Shown here: positions 10,848 through 24,874 of the stretch, in pieces
Position numbering within the stretch: the first letter of the stretch is position 1
Layout: each line of letters begins with the position of its first letter
DNA from: Eledone cirrhosa
Lineage: Eukaryota
NCBI GenBank assembly: GCA_964016885.1
Contig: OZ024741.1
Span: 382,602,001 to 382,666,000 of the forward strand
Direction: 5' to 3'
Length of the DNA: 64,000 nucleotides
The notes under the pieces: generated by a model
Seen by the model: only the letters and a program-made list of their open reading frames with translations
Told to the model about the DNA's origin: nothing
Database searches by the model: none
Made by a program: the position numbers and the translations under genes

Positions 10848-12151
10848 ATTATTTGGGCGTTCTGGAGGCTGATGGCATAAAGAACAACAAAATGAAGGAA
10901 TTGTTAAGAACTGAATACATTCGGAGAGTAAGGAGCGTATTGAAGTCACATCTGAACAGCAGAAATGCCATAAGCGCAGTAAATTCCCGAGCTGTGTCTA
11001 TTATTATGTACAGTGCGGGAATTCTGAGATGGAATGTTGCTGAACAAAAAGAAATGGATAGGAAAACTAGGAAGCTATTGACCATCTACAACATGTTCCA
11101 CAAGAGGAGTGATGTCAATAGACTCTACCTAAGGAGATCTGAGGGTGGAAGAGGTCTTATCAGCATAGAGGACTGTGTTCAGATGGAGAAAAACAACCTA
11201 TACAAATACGTGACCTATAGTAAGGAGCCAATGCTCAGAACTGTACTGAAGGAGGGGACAGTAGGCCAGGGGATGTCCAAGGAGGAAATAACATCAAGGA
11301 GGAAGAGCAGCCTTAAGGGAAAATCCCTTCATAGTACCTTCTTTGAGAAAACTGAATTTAGAGATCCACAGACATGGAACTGGTTGAGAAGAGGAGACCT
11401 CAAACAGGCTACAGAAGGAATGCTAATGGCTGAGCAGGCCCTCAAAACGAAGTGGTTGAAGCACCATATTTACAAGGAGGAGGCTAGCCCACTGTGCAGG
11501 ATCTGTGGAGGGAGAGAGGAGACTGTGGCTCACATTGTGTCCGAGTGTAAACACCTAGCCCAGACCCACTATAAGGGCTGGAGACACGATGTGATGGGCA
11601 GGGTGATCCACTGGCACCTGTGCAAAGTAAACAATTTACCACATTCTGAGAAATGGTATGAGCATAGGCCAGAGGCGGTGATGGAGAACAATCAGGTGAA
11701 GGTGCTGTGGGATTTTAGGATACAGACGGACAAAAAACTGGAACACAATAGACCTGACCTGGTGGTTGTGGACAAAGAAAAAAGATCGTGTCTGATTGTG
11801 GATGTGGCCTGCCCGTTCGACACGAGAGTGCAAGAGAAGGAGAGGGAGAAAATTAACCGATACCAGGACCGAAAGTGGGAGGTGAAAAGGATTTGGAACT
11901 GCCATGAAGTCAAAGTGATCCCGATTGTCATAGGCACACTGGGGACTATCTCCAAAAGTTTCCAGGGATGGTTAAAGAAAATCGGCCCCTTCACGCTTTT
12001 TGGAACGCTTCAAAAGGCATGCTTTCTTGGAACAGCAAGAACCCTCCGATACGTCCTGAATATCTGAGGCTGCAGGTAGTGGCTTGATATTCATTCCAAC
12101 GGACTTGCCAGTTAACCAACATCAATGACTGAGATTCAAGGAATAACAACA

Positions 12152-12182
<31 letters not shown>
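10848..12182 (+). mobile_element. 5'-truncated R4/Dong-like RLE retrotransposon with (AAT)n tail (ORF remnant 10853-12067)
   Basis: YLGVLE, GGRGL, CCHC CRICGGREETVAHIVSEC, RHD, and PD-(D/E) nuclease RPDLVVVD...IVDVACP. ~75-nt 3'UTR then (AAT)n. Confidence 0.9.
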
Positions 12183-13137
12183 TATAGTAAGGAGCCAATG
12201 CTCAGAACTGTACTGAAGGAGGGGACAGTAGGCCAGGGGATGTCCAAGGAGGAAATAACATCAGGGAGAAAGAGCAGCTTTCAGGGAAAATCCCTTCATA
12301 GTACCTTCTTTGAGAAAACTGAATTTAGAGATCCACAGACATGGAACTGGTTGAGAAGAGGAGACCTCAAAAAGGCTACAGAAGGAATGTTAATGGCTGC
12401 GCAGGAGCAGGCCCTCAAAACGAAGTGGTTGAAACACCATATTTACAAGGAGGAGGCTAGCCCACTGTGCAGGATCTGTGGAGAGAGAGAGGAGATTGTG
12501 GCTCACATTGTATCCGAGTGTAAACACCTAGCCCAGACGCACTATAAGGGCTGGAGACATGATGTGATGGGCAGGGTGATCCACTGGCGCCTGTGCAAAG
12601 TAAACAATTTACCACATTCTGAGAAATGGTATGAGCATAGGCCAGAGGCGGTGATGGAGAACGATCTGGTGAAGGTGCTGTGGGATTTTAGGATACAGAC
12701 AGACAAGAAACTGGAACACAATAGACCTGACCTGGTGGTTGTGGACAAAGAAAAAAGAGCGTGTCTGATTGTGGATGTGGCCTGCCCATTCGACACGAGA
12801 GTGCAAGAGAAGGAGAGGGAGAAAATTAACCGATACCAAGACTTAATGTGGGAGGTAAAATGGATTTGGAACTGCCATGAAGTCAAAGTGATCCCGATTG
12901 TCATAGGCGCACTGGGGACTATCTCCAAAAGTTTCCAGGGATGGTTAAAGAAAATCGTCCCCTTCACGCTTTTTGGAACGCTTCAAAAGGCATAATTGCT
13001 GGGAACAGCAAGAACCCTCCGATACGTCCTGAATATCTTAGGCTGCAGGTAGTGGCTTGATATTCATTCCAACGGACTTTCCAGTTAACCAACATCAATG
13101 ACTGAGATTCAAGGAATATTAATAATAATAATAATAA
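12183..13137 (+). mobile_element. Second tandem 5'-truncated Dong-like copy (ORF remnant 12198-12995)
   Basis: Near-identical to 11216-12150. Starts in the previous copy's (AAT)n tail and ends in (AAT)n. Confidence 0.9.
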
Positions 13138-15290
13138 TTTGTAGACGGGAAAAAGTTAAAAGAAAGAACAGCTAAGGTAAACAAAGTCATCCCATACCTT
13201 GAGGTGAGGAACCTCCACCAGTGCAACAATATCCTCAATGCAACAGCAAATGCGGTGAGGAAATTACTTAGCATAAAAGCGAGAGGAAACAACAAACAAA
13301 AAAGATCAGAACCTTGGTGGAAGAAACGACTGAATGGTCAAATCAGGGAAATGAGAAATGACATTGGAAAGCTTGAGTCCCTACTGAATGGGACACTACA
13401 AAACATAGACCCTAAAAATACACTGGAAATAAAGTACAAATCTAGGAGGAAAAAGCTAAATATTATCATAGAGGAACTGAAGCAACGCGTTGTAGCAAAG
13501 ACTGCAAAAATTAGGCGATACGAGAGTAGAGTCAGTCAGTATAGACAGAACCGCATGTTTGACAACAACCAGAAGATGTTGTTTGGACAGCTTGAAGGCA
13601 AAGAAAGAGACAATGACTTGATCCCTGAGGCGGAACAAAATAAGACATTCTGGAGAGGAATATGGGAGCAGGATGCTGAACATAATGATCAGGCATTGTG
13701 GATTGAGACAGTACAAAAGATTAGTGAACAGGCACACCAACAATCTGATTTAAGTATCACAGTTGAAACTCTTAAGGGGCAGGCCAGAAAACTAACAAAC
13801 TGGAAAGCACCAGGCCCAGATGGTGTGCAGGGGTATTGGATTAAAATATAACATCCCTCCACCCGAAACTGACAACCATGTTTAATGACTGATTTATGTC
13901 AGGTGAGGTACCAGAGTGGTTGACAAAAGTACCACAGTTCAGGTAATAAAAGACCGAATCAAGGGTGATGATGTTACCAACTATAGACCTGTCACATGTA
14001 AGTCCGTAATGTGGAAACTGATAACAAGCATTGTGTCTGAGGAAATCTACCATCACCTCCACATAAACAACTTGTTCCCGGACGAACAGAAAGGATGCCG
14101 AAAGAAGTCCCGTGGTACAAAGGACCAGTGACTTATTGATAATATGGTAATGAGGAATTGCAAGAGGAGACACACTGGTCTTGTCATGGGATGGATATAC
14201 TACAAAAAGGCATTCGACATGGTACCTCATTCTTGGATAACCAAAAGACTAGTGATCTTCAGTGTGGCAGATAACATCAGACCTTTGTTGAGCAAAAGTA
14301 TGAAGTACTGGAAAACAGAGTTAACATCGGGTGTAGAATCCTTGGGAGGCGTGAGGATCAAGAGAAGGATCTCCAGGGAGATGGTTTGTCCCCTCTGTTA
14401 TTTGTCCTTGCCCTGATCCCCATGGCCATTATACTGCGAAAGTTGAGAGCAGGATACAAGTTGGGAAAAGGAGAGCTTACCATCAATCACCTGCTCTTCA
14501 TGGACGATCTTAAACTCTTCGGGAAGAACGAGAAGGATTTGGATGTATTTGTTGACACTGTCCGTATTTTCACAGTGATATATGTATGGAATTTGGTATT
14601 AGAAAGTGTGGAGCCCTTGTGATGAAGAGGGGTACATTGGGAAGAAGAAAAGGAATCCAAGTTCCAACAGGTGAGATGATAAAGAAATTGATACTGAAGA
14701 AGGATACAAATAGTTAGGTGTTCTGGAGGCTGATGACATCAAGAACAAATAAATGAAGGAATTGGTAAGATCTGAATACATTCGGAGAATAAGGAGTGTA
14801 TTAAAATCACAACTGAAAAGTAGGAATGTCATAAGTGCAGTCAATTCCCGAGCTGTGTCTATTATTAGTTACAGTGCGGATACAGACGGATAAGAAATTG
14901 GAACACAATAGACGTGACTTGGTGGTTTGGGACAAGGAAAAAAGATCGTGCCTGGTTGTAGATGTAGCTTGCCCATTTGACACGAGAGTGCAAGAGAAGG
15001 AGAGGGAGAAAATTAATCGATGCCAGGAATTAAAGTGGGAGGGAAAAAGGATTTGCAAATGCCATGAAATCAGAGTCGTCCCAATTGTCATAGGTGCACT
15101 AGGTACTATCTCAAAGAGTTTCTAAGAATGGTTAAAGAAAGTTAGTCCATCCCCGCTTTTTGGAACACTTAAAAAGCATGCTTGCTGGGAACAGCAAGAA
15201 CCCTCCGATACGTCATGAATATCTGAGGCTGCAGGTAGAGGCTTGATATTCAATGACTGAGACTCAAAGATTAATAATAATAATAATAAT
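13138..15290 (+). mobile_element. Third tandem Dong-like copy, more decayed, with RT region and an internal deletion near 14880
   Basis: PWWKKRL, WKAPGPDGVQ, NYRPVTC, EQKGC, KAFDMVPH, LFMDDLKL with frameshifts and stops. It jumps from YSA to RIQTD and has the same 3'UTR and (AAT)n tail. Confidence 0.88.
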
Positions 15291-18031
15291 GATTTCTTCA
15301 TTGGCCACAAGGAATGACGTCAAGAAAAATCATTACATACGACACAGGACGGTACAGGACGGTAGGATGTGAGTTTTGTGCATTTAAAAATGTTTATTAT
15401 TTATATAAGAAAAGAAAAAGAAAAAGAAAAAGAAAAAGAAAAAGAAAAAGGAAAATACATAGAAACAAACATATATATATAAACAAGAGAAATGAAAATT
15501 GAAACAATTAAAAATTCCCCAATAGGGAGGGAAACCCCCGAAGGTTATTCGTGGCGAAAACCACACAAAAGACCACGGCCACCCTGACCACCAGGGCAAG
15601 CGCCCTCTCTCAATTTTTCCATTTCTCAAACTACAGACTTATATTCAGAGCATTCCCGTTCACTTGGAACATTCTCGCTACATTCACCCACCTTTCAACA
15701 AACTTGCTAGAAGGCAGCACTTGCCTCTCCACCCTGATTTTCCTGTTCAAGTGACATTTGAAAAAGTTAATTAGGGATTCGCCGAAGAGTAAAAAGTGTC
15801 TGTCTTTAACCCTTTCAACCTTGTCCGCCACACAATCTCTTTCGCCATGGCGACTAGGGAGATGAAAACCGCCTGCCCTTCCCCCTTGAAGGAAGATGGC
15901 GAGACCATCTGCACAATGGACTCAGTTGATAACCGGATCAGTCCTACACGTGACAGCAACTGTTCGACATAGCTCCACAAGTCAGCAATGCTCGGGCACT
16001 GAACGAGTGCGTGCACGATGGTTTCGTCGCTCTGCGCGCATCTCGGACAGGCTCCGCTGACGGCACTTCCGTGCCTGTAGAGCTTATCTCGAACGGGTAG
16101 CGCTCCCCCGTAGCACTGCCAGGCCAGGGATTTTTGGAAGTTATCTATAGGCCCTGGGCTGAAAGTTCTCCGACGAGAGCAGACAGCTGATCTTCTTCGA
16201 CGCCCAGGATCTCTCCGAGAACGTCGTCGCTCTTCCCCTCCACTATTCCTCTATAGAACGCCGAGGTGGATGTTCCACCGATACTGATGCCTTGCTGGCA
16301 GAGGGCAGTGAGCGCCTGGAGACATTCCAGTTTCCAAGCGCTATGCCTAGGTCTTTTTCTGACCCAGGACTGCAGCTCCGTCAAGGAGACGAGTTGTGGC
16401 AAAACGTGCCTGGCGAACGGCGACCACAACTGTTCACCGTCAACGAAGCACCAGAGATGTCGCAGCCTCAGCGCATATTTGCGCATCATCAGCCATGGCA
16501 TGCCCATTCCTCCACGCAACGGGTATTGACAGCAGATCGATCGTTTGACCATGAGCGCGTCCCTTCCACAAAAAGCGGAAGGGGAGGCGCTCCATTTTGG
16601 TGAGAGTTGGGCCGGAGCAAGGGACGACGGTGAGGCGGTAGCAGATGACGGATGCGATGTACGCATTATCCACTCCCGCCCGGCCCTTCAGGGACAGCTT
16701 CCTCTCGGCCCATTTCTGGTTGAGGGAGGCCACCTTATTCGTCACCTCGTTCCAGTTTTTCTCCATCTGGAGGTCCGGTCCGAACCAGAACCTGAGCAAT
16801 TTAACAGATCCGTTCGTCCAACGCCCCACGACGCTGTCGCAAGGCTTGGACTTGACTCTCCAGGTGCCGAGCTGCAAGCCCACCGACCTTTCCTGGTTTA
16901 TCTTTGCTCCTATCACCGCTTCGTATTCCTTTAGAGCGGTGCCGAGCTCCCGGACCTGTTTGGTTCTCCACACCACGACGGTGACATAGTCGGCGTAGGC
17001 CGACACGGATTTCACTCATCCTAGTTCGCATGGGACCCCCCTCATCATCACCAGTTTGTGCAGTAACAACTCGAGAACCAATACGTACAAGAGGGACGAG
17101 ATGGTACAACCCTGGCGGACTGAGCGCATGATGCTGAACGGATGCGACAGGTGACCGTTCACACTCACTACTGAGCAGATGTCGCTATACATCGCAGCGA
17201 TCCAACCCCTCAAAATGTGTGCCTCTAGGACCGCCGCCAGGTACCGATGGTCGACCATATCGAATGCTTTGGATTGATCCAAGTTGATCAGGGCCCCGCA
17301 CGTGCCAGGTTCCTTAATCACCCACTCTATGATGTATCGCATGAGGTGGACGTTGTCGTATATGGATCTGTCCGGAATGGCACAAATCTGCGCCTCTCCC
17401 GCCAGACACTTGACGACAAGCGCCAACCTCGTTGCTAATACCTTGACCAAAATCTTGAACTCTGCATTTAGCAGGGTTATGGGCCTGAAATTATCGATAA
17501 CATCCCCCTTGTTCGGGTCTTTTCTCAGCAGCGCCACCGCTCCCCGGCTCACAAAACTGGGAATGCTCCCGTTCTGCTGCCAGTTGCAGTAGACGTCTGC
17601 CAAGAGATCACCGAACAAATCTGGCATAAATGCATAAAGCTCCTAGGGCTGACCATCCAAACCTGGCGATTTACCCCCTCGTGCAGTTAGCCATAGCTTC
17701 CCGTATTTCACCGGCTGTTATTGGCTTTTCGCAACACTGTGCTGAGGTCGTCGAAAACCGAGGCAGTCCGTCGAGGTATGCACTGAAGTCATATCCCGAT
17801 CCGGGCCGCCCCTGCTCCCGAACAGTTCAGCAAAGGGCTGCTGAAAAGCTTCACACATCTGCTCGGGTTCGAGCAACATGTACCCGTTTTGGTCAGACAA
17901 AGACCGAATTGTGGACTTGTTGCCACGTCGCGCCTCTGCCACTCGGGCCCATTGGACCGCGTTTGTCCCCTCGTGTTCCAGAGCACGCGCTCTAGCTCTG
18001 ACAACGCAGCCTTCGGGTTTTGCGTTGAAGA
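15272..18031 (-). mobile_element. 5'-truncated, decayed Tx1 copy of a related subfamily
   Basis: ORF2 fragments MPDLFGDLLADVYCNWQQNG, LDQSKAFDMVDH, YADY, INFFKCHLNRKIRVER. The 3'UTR ends in the (AAT)n tract shared with the Dong copy. Confidence 0.9.
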
Positions 18032-18254
18032 ATCAGAAAATTCGGATGCATATTATCCTGTTATATCACTCAAATATTCAATTTTGTATTATATATTTCA
18101 TATTCAAAAAAGAAATGGTTATAAATGGTAGAAAACCCCTTCTGTCTACAGTATATAGAAAAACCAAATAACAGCAATTTCACCAACACCACAAATTAGA
18201 TACACCACCTATCCCATCACCCCTCGGTGTACACTAAATAACAACAGCCAGATA

Positions 18255-20414
18255 ACGGAGGCCTCTTGGCGGACGTCTACTGCAACTGGCAACAGAACGG
18301 GAGAATTCTCAGCTCTGTGAGCCGAGGAGCTGTGGCGCTGCTGAGAAAGGATCCGAGGGGGGTAACATAGATAATTTCAGGCCCATAACTCTGCCATACA
18401 CAGAGTTCAAGATTTTGGCCAAAGTGCTAGCAAAGACGTTGGCGCTTGTCGTTGGTGGTCTGGTGGGAGAGGCGCAGACATGCGCCATTCCCGACAGATC
18501 CATCCACGACAACCTCCACCTCATGCGATACATCGTAGAGAGGGTAGCTAGGGACCTGGCACGGGTGGTTCCTTGATCAATTTAGATCAGTCGAAAGCTT
18601 TCGATAGGGTCGACCATCGTTACCTAGCGGCAGTCCTGGGGGCGGCTGGCTTTGGACCCGTCTTCAGAGGCTGGATCGCTGCAATGCACAGCGACATCTG
18701 CTCTGTGGTGAGAGTGAACGGTCACCTTTCGGAACCGTTCAACATCATGCGCTCCGACCGCCAAGAATCTCCCCTCTCGTCCCTCTTGTACGTATTGACT
18801 CTCGAGCCATTACTGCACAAACTGGAGACGTTGAGGGGGTCCCGTGCGAACTAGGATGCGGAAGATCCGTGTCAGCCTATGCGGACGATTGTCACCGTAC
18901 TGGTGTCGAACGCCAAACACATCGAGGCGATCGGCACTACACTAAGAGAATACGAAAAGGTGACAGGAGCAATGATCAACCAGAAAATTCAGTGGGCCTG
19001 CAGCTCGGTACCTGGAGAGGCAGGTCCATGGCGTCCAACAGCGTCGTCGGACGCTGGACGGACGGACCTGTTAAATTGCTAGGGGTCTGATTCGCTCCGA
19101 TCCTCCAGACGGACAAAAACTGGGACGAGGTGACGAGCAGGGTGCCTTCTCTCACCCAGAAATTGGCGGAGAGGAAGCTATCCGTGAAAGGTCGAGCGGA
19201 GGTGGCTAACGTGCACATCGCGTCCGTCTTCTACTACCGCCTGACCGTCGTACCTTGTCCTAAGCCCCGCCTGCCTGCGGTGGAGCGTTTGCTCTTTCGC
19301 TTTTTGTGGAAGGGACGCGCTCCGATGGTCAGGCGGTCCATTTCCTGTCAACACCCGCTACGTGGAGGTATGGGCATGTCGTGGCTAAGATGCGCTGACA
19401 CACGCTCAGGCTACGACATCTCCACCTCTTCCTCGACGGTGATCAGGTGTGGTCGCCGTTTGCTAGACACGTCTTTCCCCAGCTCGTCCACTTGACGGAG
19501 CTGCAGTCCTGGGTCAAGCGAAGACCGAGAAGGAGCGCTTGGAGACTGGAAACTCCACCTTGGCGTTCTATAGAGGATTAGTGGAGGAAAACTAGGCGTC
19601 GACGAAAATCAACTAGCCAATCTCTTCGGAAGGACTTTCAGGTCGGGGCCTATGGACAACTTCCAGAAATCCCTGGCCTGGCAGTGCTACCGAGGAGCTT
19701 TGCCAGTTCGGGATAAACCCTACAGGCATGGAGGTGCCGTCAGCCGGGCATGTCCGAGATGCGCGCCGGGTGACGAAACCGTCCTGCACGCACTCGTCCA
19801 GTGTCCGAGCATTGCTGACTTGTGAGTTTATGTCGTACACCTGCTGTCACGTGTCGGACGGATCCAACTATCAGCTGAGTCCATCGTGAGGATTGCTCCG
19901 CCCTCTTCCTTTAGCCTGGAAGGGCAGGCAGTTTTTTACTGTCTGGTGGCCATGGCGAAAGTGATAGTATGGTGGACACATTTGAAAGGGCTGAAGACGA
20001 GCACTTACCTCTTCGGTGATGCCCTGATTAACTTTTTCAAATTTCATTTGAAAAAGAAAATCAGGGTAGAAAGGGAAGTGCTCTCTTTCCAGCATTTTGT
20101 TGAAAGATGGGTGAGAGAAGCAGGAATCGCCCGAGTGAATGGGCCTATTCTGAGTATGTTTCTTTAAATTAAAGGTGGAAAACTGGGAGAGGGCACTTGC
20201 CCTGGTGATCAGGGTCACTGTGGCCTTTTAATGGGCTTTCTCAACAAATGTCCCTCGGAAGTGTCCCCCCTATTGGGGAATTTTTCATTGTTTTTTTGGT
20301 TACATCCTGTTTTGTTTTTTTTACACGCAGAAATGCCCATTTGTACCGTCCTGTATTGTCCTGTACTGTCCTTAATGTCTACTTTATGTAAACCCTTGTG
20401 GTTAATAAAGAAAG

Positions 20415-20466
<52 letters not shown>

Positions 20467-20467
20467 T
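18255..20467 (+). mobile_element. 5'-truncated, decayed copy of the Tx1 family at 2827-8866
   Basis: Closely matches 6597-8866 with indels. Same 3'UTR and a (TTA)n tail at ~20417-20467. Confidence 0.92.
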
Positions 20468-20479
20468 TTATTATTTACC

Positions 20480-20912
20480 CACTTATTCCTGAGAGGAACG
20501 TTGGGGCAGAGTCATCAAACATTCCTCCCACCGGGTCCTGTCAGAAGCAATCGCCTCTAGCTGCGCCGGCTGGATCCCCAAGCTCTTGGATGTTATCCAA
20601 CCATCTTGCTCGGTGTCTACCCCTGGGTCTCTTGCTCGTAACATTCTGGCCAGTGATTCATTCCTGAGACATTCCTACCATATGACCATTGTATCGGATC
20701 TCTGATATCTCAATTTATAGAAGTAGCGGGCCTACTTGTAGTGACTGTCTGATCTGCGAGCTACGCACTCTGTCAAGTAAAGCTACTCCGAAGACCGTTC
20801 GGAGGAATATTTCGGCCGCTTGTATTCACGATTGTATTCTTTCGATCATTACCCAAGCTTCATGACCATAAGTAAGGGTTGGAACGAATACCGAATTACA
20901 GACGAACTCGAA
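20480..20912 (-). mobile_element. RTE-clade LINE 3' fragment
   Basis: Minus-strand translation SVFVPTLTYGHEAW...IQAAE..LR...LDRVRS..IR resembles the RTE C-terminal region; decayed. Confidence 0.6.
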
Positions 20913-22335
20913 ATTACTGCATGCACTACAGGATGGATTTATTTTTTGCCGTATCGTTAGAGTATGAAGAGACATGCTCAGGAACGTCGTGTGGATTCCG
21001 CGAACATTAACGGAGGACAAACTGGTCTAGTTAAACGACCCAAGTGTAGTTAAACGACCCAATAAGAGGCACGCGAGTAAATATTACCGTAACAATTCCA
21101 CTATTTCTCCTACCTGGATATCCTCATTATAGTATTAGCTATGAAAGAAAGAAAAGCAGAATTGACCTCAGTGGGATTTCAACATACAGCTCATAGCCAA
21201 AATGAACGTCGAACAACTGCCTAATTGTCTGCTAAATACATCTGCTATGGAAGCAGTCATATTAACAACAACTAAATACATGTTAATTATTTAGTGTTAT
21301 CTCACAAGATGGCCATCTGCTTAACAAAGGTATCATTACTAACTAAATCACATTTACATTTGAGGCTGATGTCATAGAAATCATTTCTATGGCATAATGT
21401 GACGATAATATTATATTAGTTAAATTTAGAGAGTGATATCTGGATATCTAATGATAACAATAGTTCAGGTAATGCTTGAACATTTTATATTAGGATTATG
21501 TAATAATTTGTAATAGGCTGCAGTGTGGAATCTCAGATTCTAGTGTTAATAAGATATTATATTTATAAGCTTAGAAGCCGATATTTTAAATGAGTGTATA
21601 ACAATAGAGTGTAACTAATGAAATTTGAATTATCCTATACAGAGTTTTAACACAGTTATCCTTTAAAATGTATGGCTGTAAATCATTGGTATATCTTACA
21701 GGCTATCTTCCTCGAAAATGTCATCGCCAGTGTCAAATTCGTTAATTTGAATTTTGTAATTGTCAATTCTATGTTCTTCATTATTAATTTCTTTATTATG
21801 AAGGATAATATAACAGGAATTGCTATCAATACATTTACGTTTAACAAAAGATTACTATGTCACAACCTACATTGCATTAAACACTTAAAACTGCTAACTA
21901 AACTATATACAAAACGAAAACTAATAACGTTAGTTAAATCTTTATTCATTATTCTCATGTACAATCTCAACGTATTCATTTAAAATCGTATTTGGTAAGC
22001 AAGGTCAGTCGGAACTTGTTAAAATTATTTTATGACAATTTGATACATCCTACAATAAGGTTAGATTGAAATTATTGATGACGAAATACAAATGGCCGAT
22101 GGCAAACTTGAAGTTGATGATGACATTGAGGTGGAATATCGTGTATATTAGAGTGTTAGGGGTGTTAAAATTAGGAATATTATCAAATATCATCATATGA
22201 TGGTTGTTTGAATATTTTGAGATTAGAAGGAAGTGTGGATGTGAATATTCAGAATATCGTATATGAGCAGTATTTGTATATTGAGGTTTGGAAAATTCCA
22301 TTGTAACAGTACATGATATATTTTTAGAAAATTAA

Positions 22336-22630
22336 TGTCACGTGAATAAGTACAATAAATTTCGCGCCAGTTCGCGTTACAATGTTCTTATTATATATGC
22401 CTTTACAAAAAACGGGAGGGGGCTCAGGTTGTTTTTTTTTCGTATGTGGGGGAAATTCGGTTGGTTGATGCAGTCACGTGAATAAGCACATCAACTTTCG
22501 CCCCAATTCGTGTTTGAAGGTTCTTTTCACTTAAAAAAGTCGCTCAAAAAGTTGTTTTTTATAGATGTAACTTAATTGGCTATGACTATCACAAGAATAA
22601 GTACATTAAATTTCGCGCCAGTTCGTATTT
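22336..22630. repeat. Three degenerate direct repeats containing CACGTGAATAAGTACA-TAAATTTCGCGCCAGTTCG
   Basis: Units at ~22337, ~22473 and ~22590, spaced ~120-135 bp apart. Confidence 0.65.
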
Positions 22631-22785
22631 GGGAGTTCTTTGTAGCTATTTAGAGAATTATGTGTCAAACAAAAGATAATGGTCAAGAAAAAAGGGATGG
22701 CAAGAATTGTTGTCGTTCAGTAAATATGGCTGGTGTGCCGAGGTGTCAAAATTCAGACATTCTATTGAAATAAAGAAAGTAGAGA

Positions 22786-23765
22786 TCATCATCATCATCA
22801 TCACCGTTTTACGTCCGTTCTTCCACGCTAGCATGGGATAGACGGGTTTCCTGTTGTAGGCAGTTTCTGGTCAGCTGACCATGCCTTGCTCGTACAGGAA
22901 CTGATTTGGCTTGATTTCTACAGCTGGATGCTTTTTCGTGGCGCCTACACGTCCACTTTACAGTGTGGGATGGGTGCTTTTTTGCCGTGGCACCTCCACG
23001 ACCACCTTGCAGTGGGAGGGTGTGAAGGCCTATTGTCTATATGCTTCAGCTTGTACCCATGGGAGGTCGGGTACTCTGTATTACTGAGTGACGCCAGAGG
23101 TCACGGTCGTGTGTCATCGCCTTTGAGAGGTGTAATTGGGTAAGGTCGGCTTTTATCACCTCATCCCGGATCATCTTGGGTCTCCCCACTCCGCGGTTTC
23201 CATCGACTTCTAGTGCTCTGCACCTTTTTAGGCACTGTCATCCTTCATACGCATCACATGTCCATACCAACGCAGCCGCCTCTCCAGCACACATCATTTG
23301 ATTTCTCTTATGCCCAGTCTCTCTCTCAATTCATCTATGCTTTGTCGTTCGGGTATATTACTATTACACATCCATCGGAGCATACAGGCTTCGTTTCTCT
23401 ATAATCTACTTAAGTCTTCCACCTTCAGCGCCCAGGTCTCACTACCATGTAACATTGCTGTTAGGATACACGCATCATACAGTCTGCCTTTCATTTTGAG
23501 GGAGAAGTCTTTTGCAGCTAGCAGTGGCAGTAGTTCCCTGAACTTCTTCCATCCCGTTCTCACCCTAGTTATTGTACTTTCAGAACACCCACCTCCGCTG
23601 CTAATTCGGTGACCTAGGTAGCAGAAGCTGTCTACTGTCTCTACAGAGCTCTCCCAGAGATTGGTGGTACTTGTTTCCTGTGGCTGTTTGCTGCTTTCTG
23701 TCCCAGTACAGCTGCTGCATGTGAAGCCTATATTCTTGATTAAGCTTCCTGAGATCCCGCTACAG
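22786..23765 (-). mobile_element. RTE-clade LINE 3' end with (GAT)n tail
   Basis: VDSFCYLG, GGGCSES...RVRTGWKKFRELLPLL, GRLYDAC...HGSETW, RRRLRWYGHVMRM. (CAT)n at ~22786-22803 is the minus-strand tail. Confidence 0.8.
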
Positions 23766-24262
23766 ATATATATTTTTATTTGTGTGCTGATGTGCGCTTC
23801 TTTGCTTTAGCCGCGAATAAGGAATTGACATAGTCACTACTATAAAACTCATAGCGAATGGTCTTCAAAATATTTGTTGTTTAAAAAAACAGTATATTGC
23901 CAAATATACTATACATACACTCATACATCGCTATAGCAAGAACCAATCGCTATTACAGAGCACCAATACTAATATATATATATATATATAAATGATGTAC
24001 GGAAGAGGGCTGAGCGACACAACTAGGGAATGAAAGAAATTAGCGTAAATGGTTGAAATTAGCATAAATGTTCTAAATATTCACCTATACAATTCAGGAA
24101 TTTACTCTATTTCTGTGTTGGGTTCTTTTGATTTCTGCATAAGTGTCGTTTTCATGTGTCTGTGAAATGTATGTAACCGTACTAATACATTACACCCCTC
24201 TCTTTCCCTGTTTATTTATTTCTCTCTCTCTCACTCTCTCACTCTCTCTTTATCTCTATCTG

Positions 24263-24421
<159 letters not shown>

Positions 24422-24662
24422 TATTTAATTTACAATTGTTTTACGATCGCTTCGGATCATATTGACATATTGACTGAGATATAGCAGTTTTATAACTAGA
24501 TACTATCAGACTTCATATATAGGTTCGATCAGACCGTCCTCTTTGGAAACAATGAAGTTGGAAACTTTATTGATTGTGTATAAACAGGACAGATACAAGA
24601 ATAGACATACCATACAAATATATATTCCAGATTGCCTCCTTAGACCACATTGATTTAAACAA

Positions 24663-24693
<31 letters not shown>

Positions 24694-24874
24694 TTCGGTG
24701 TTGCGTGTGTATACAAAAACCAATATACAGAGAGGACTCAAAATGTCTTGCACATATATAACGTATATCTAAACACAGAGAACAATTATTTATTAGCACT
24801 GATCAAATGTTTAACCAAAGAATCTGTTAGGAAAAGCAGAGGGAGCGTTATTAGAAAACCGTATATAATTATAG

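Noticed and set aside
21696-22301. Possible host exons on the minus strand (...INEFDTGDDIFEEDSL* and the 83-aa ORF at 22050..22301)
   Set aside because: They are short, have no recognisable domain and no convincing splice structure. RNA-seq would be needed to exclude them.
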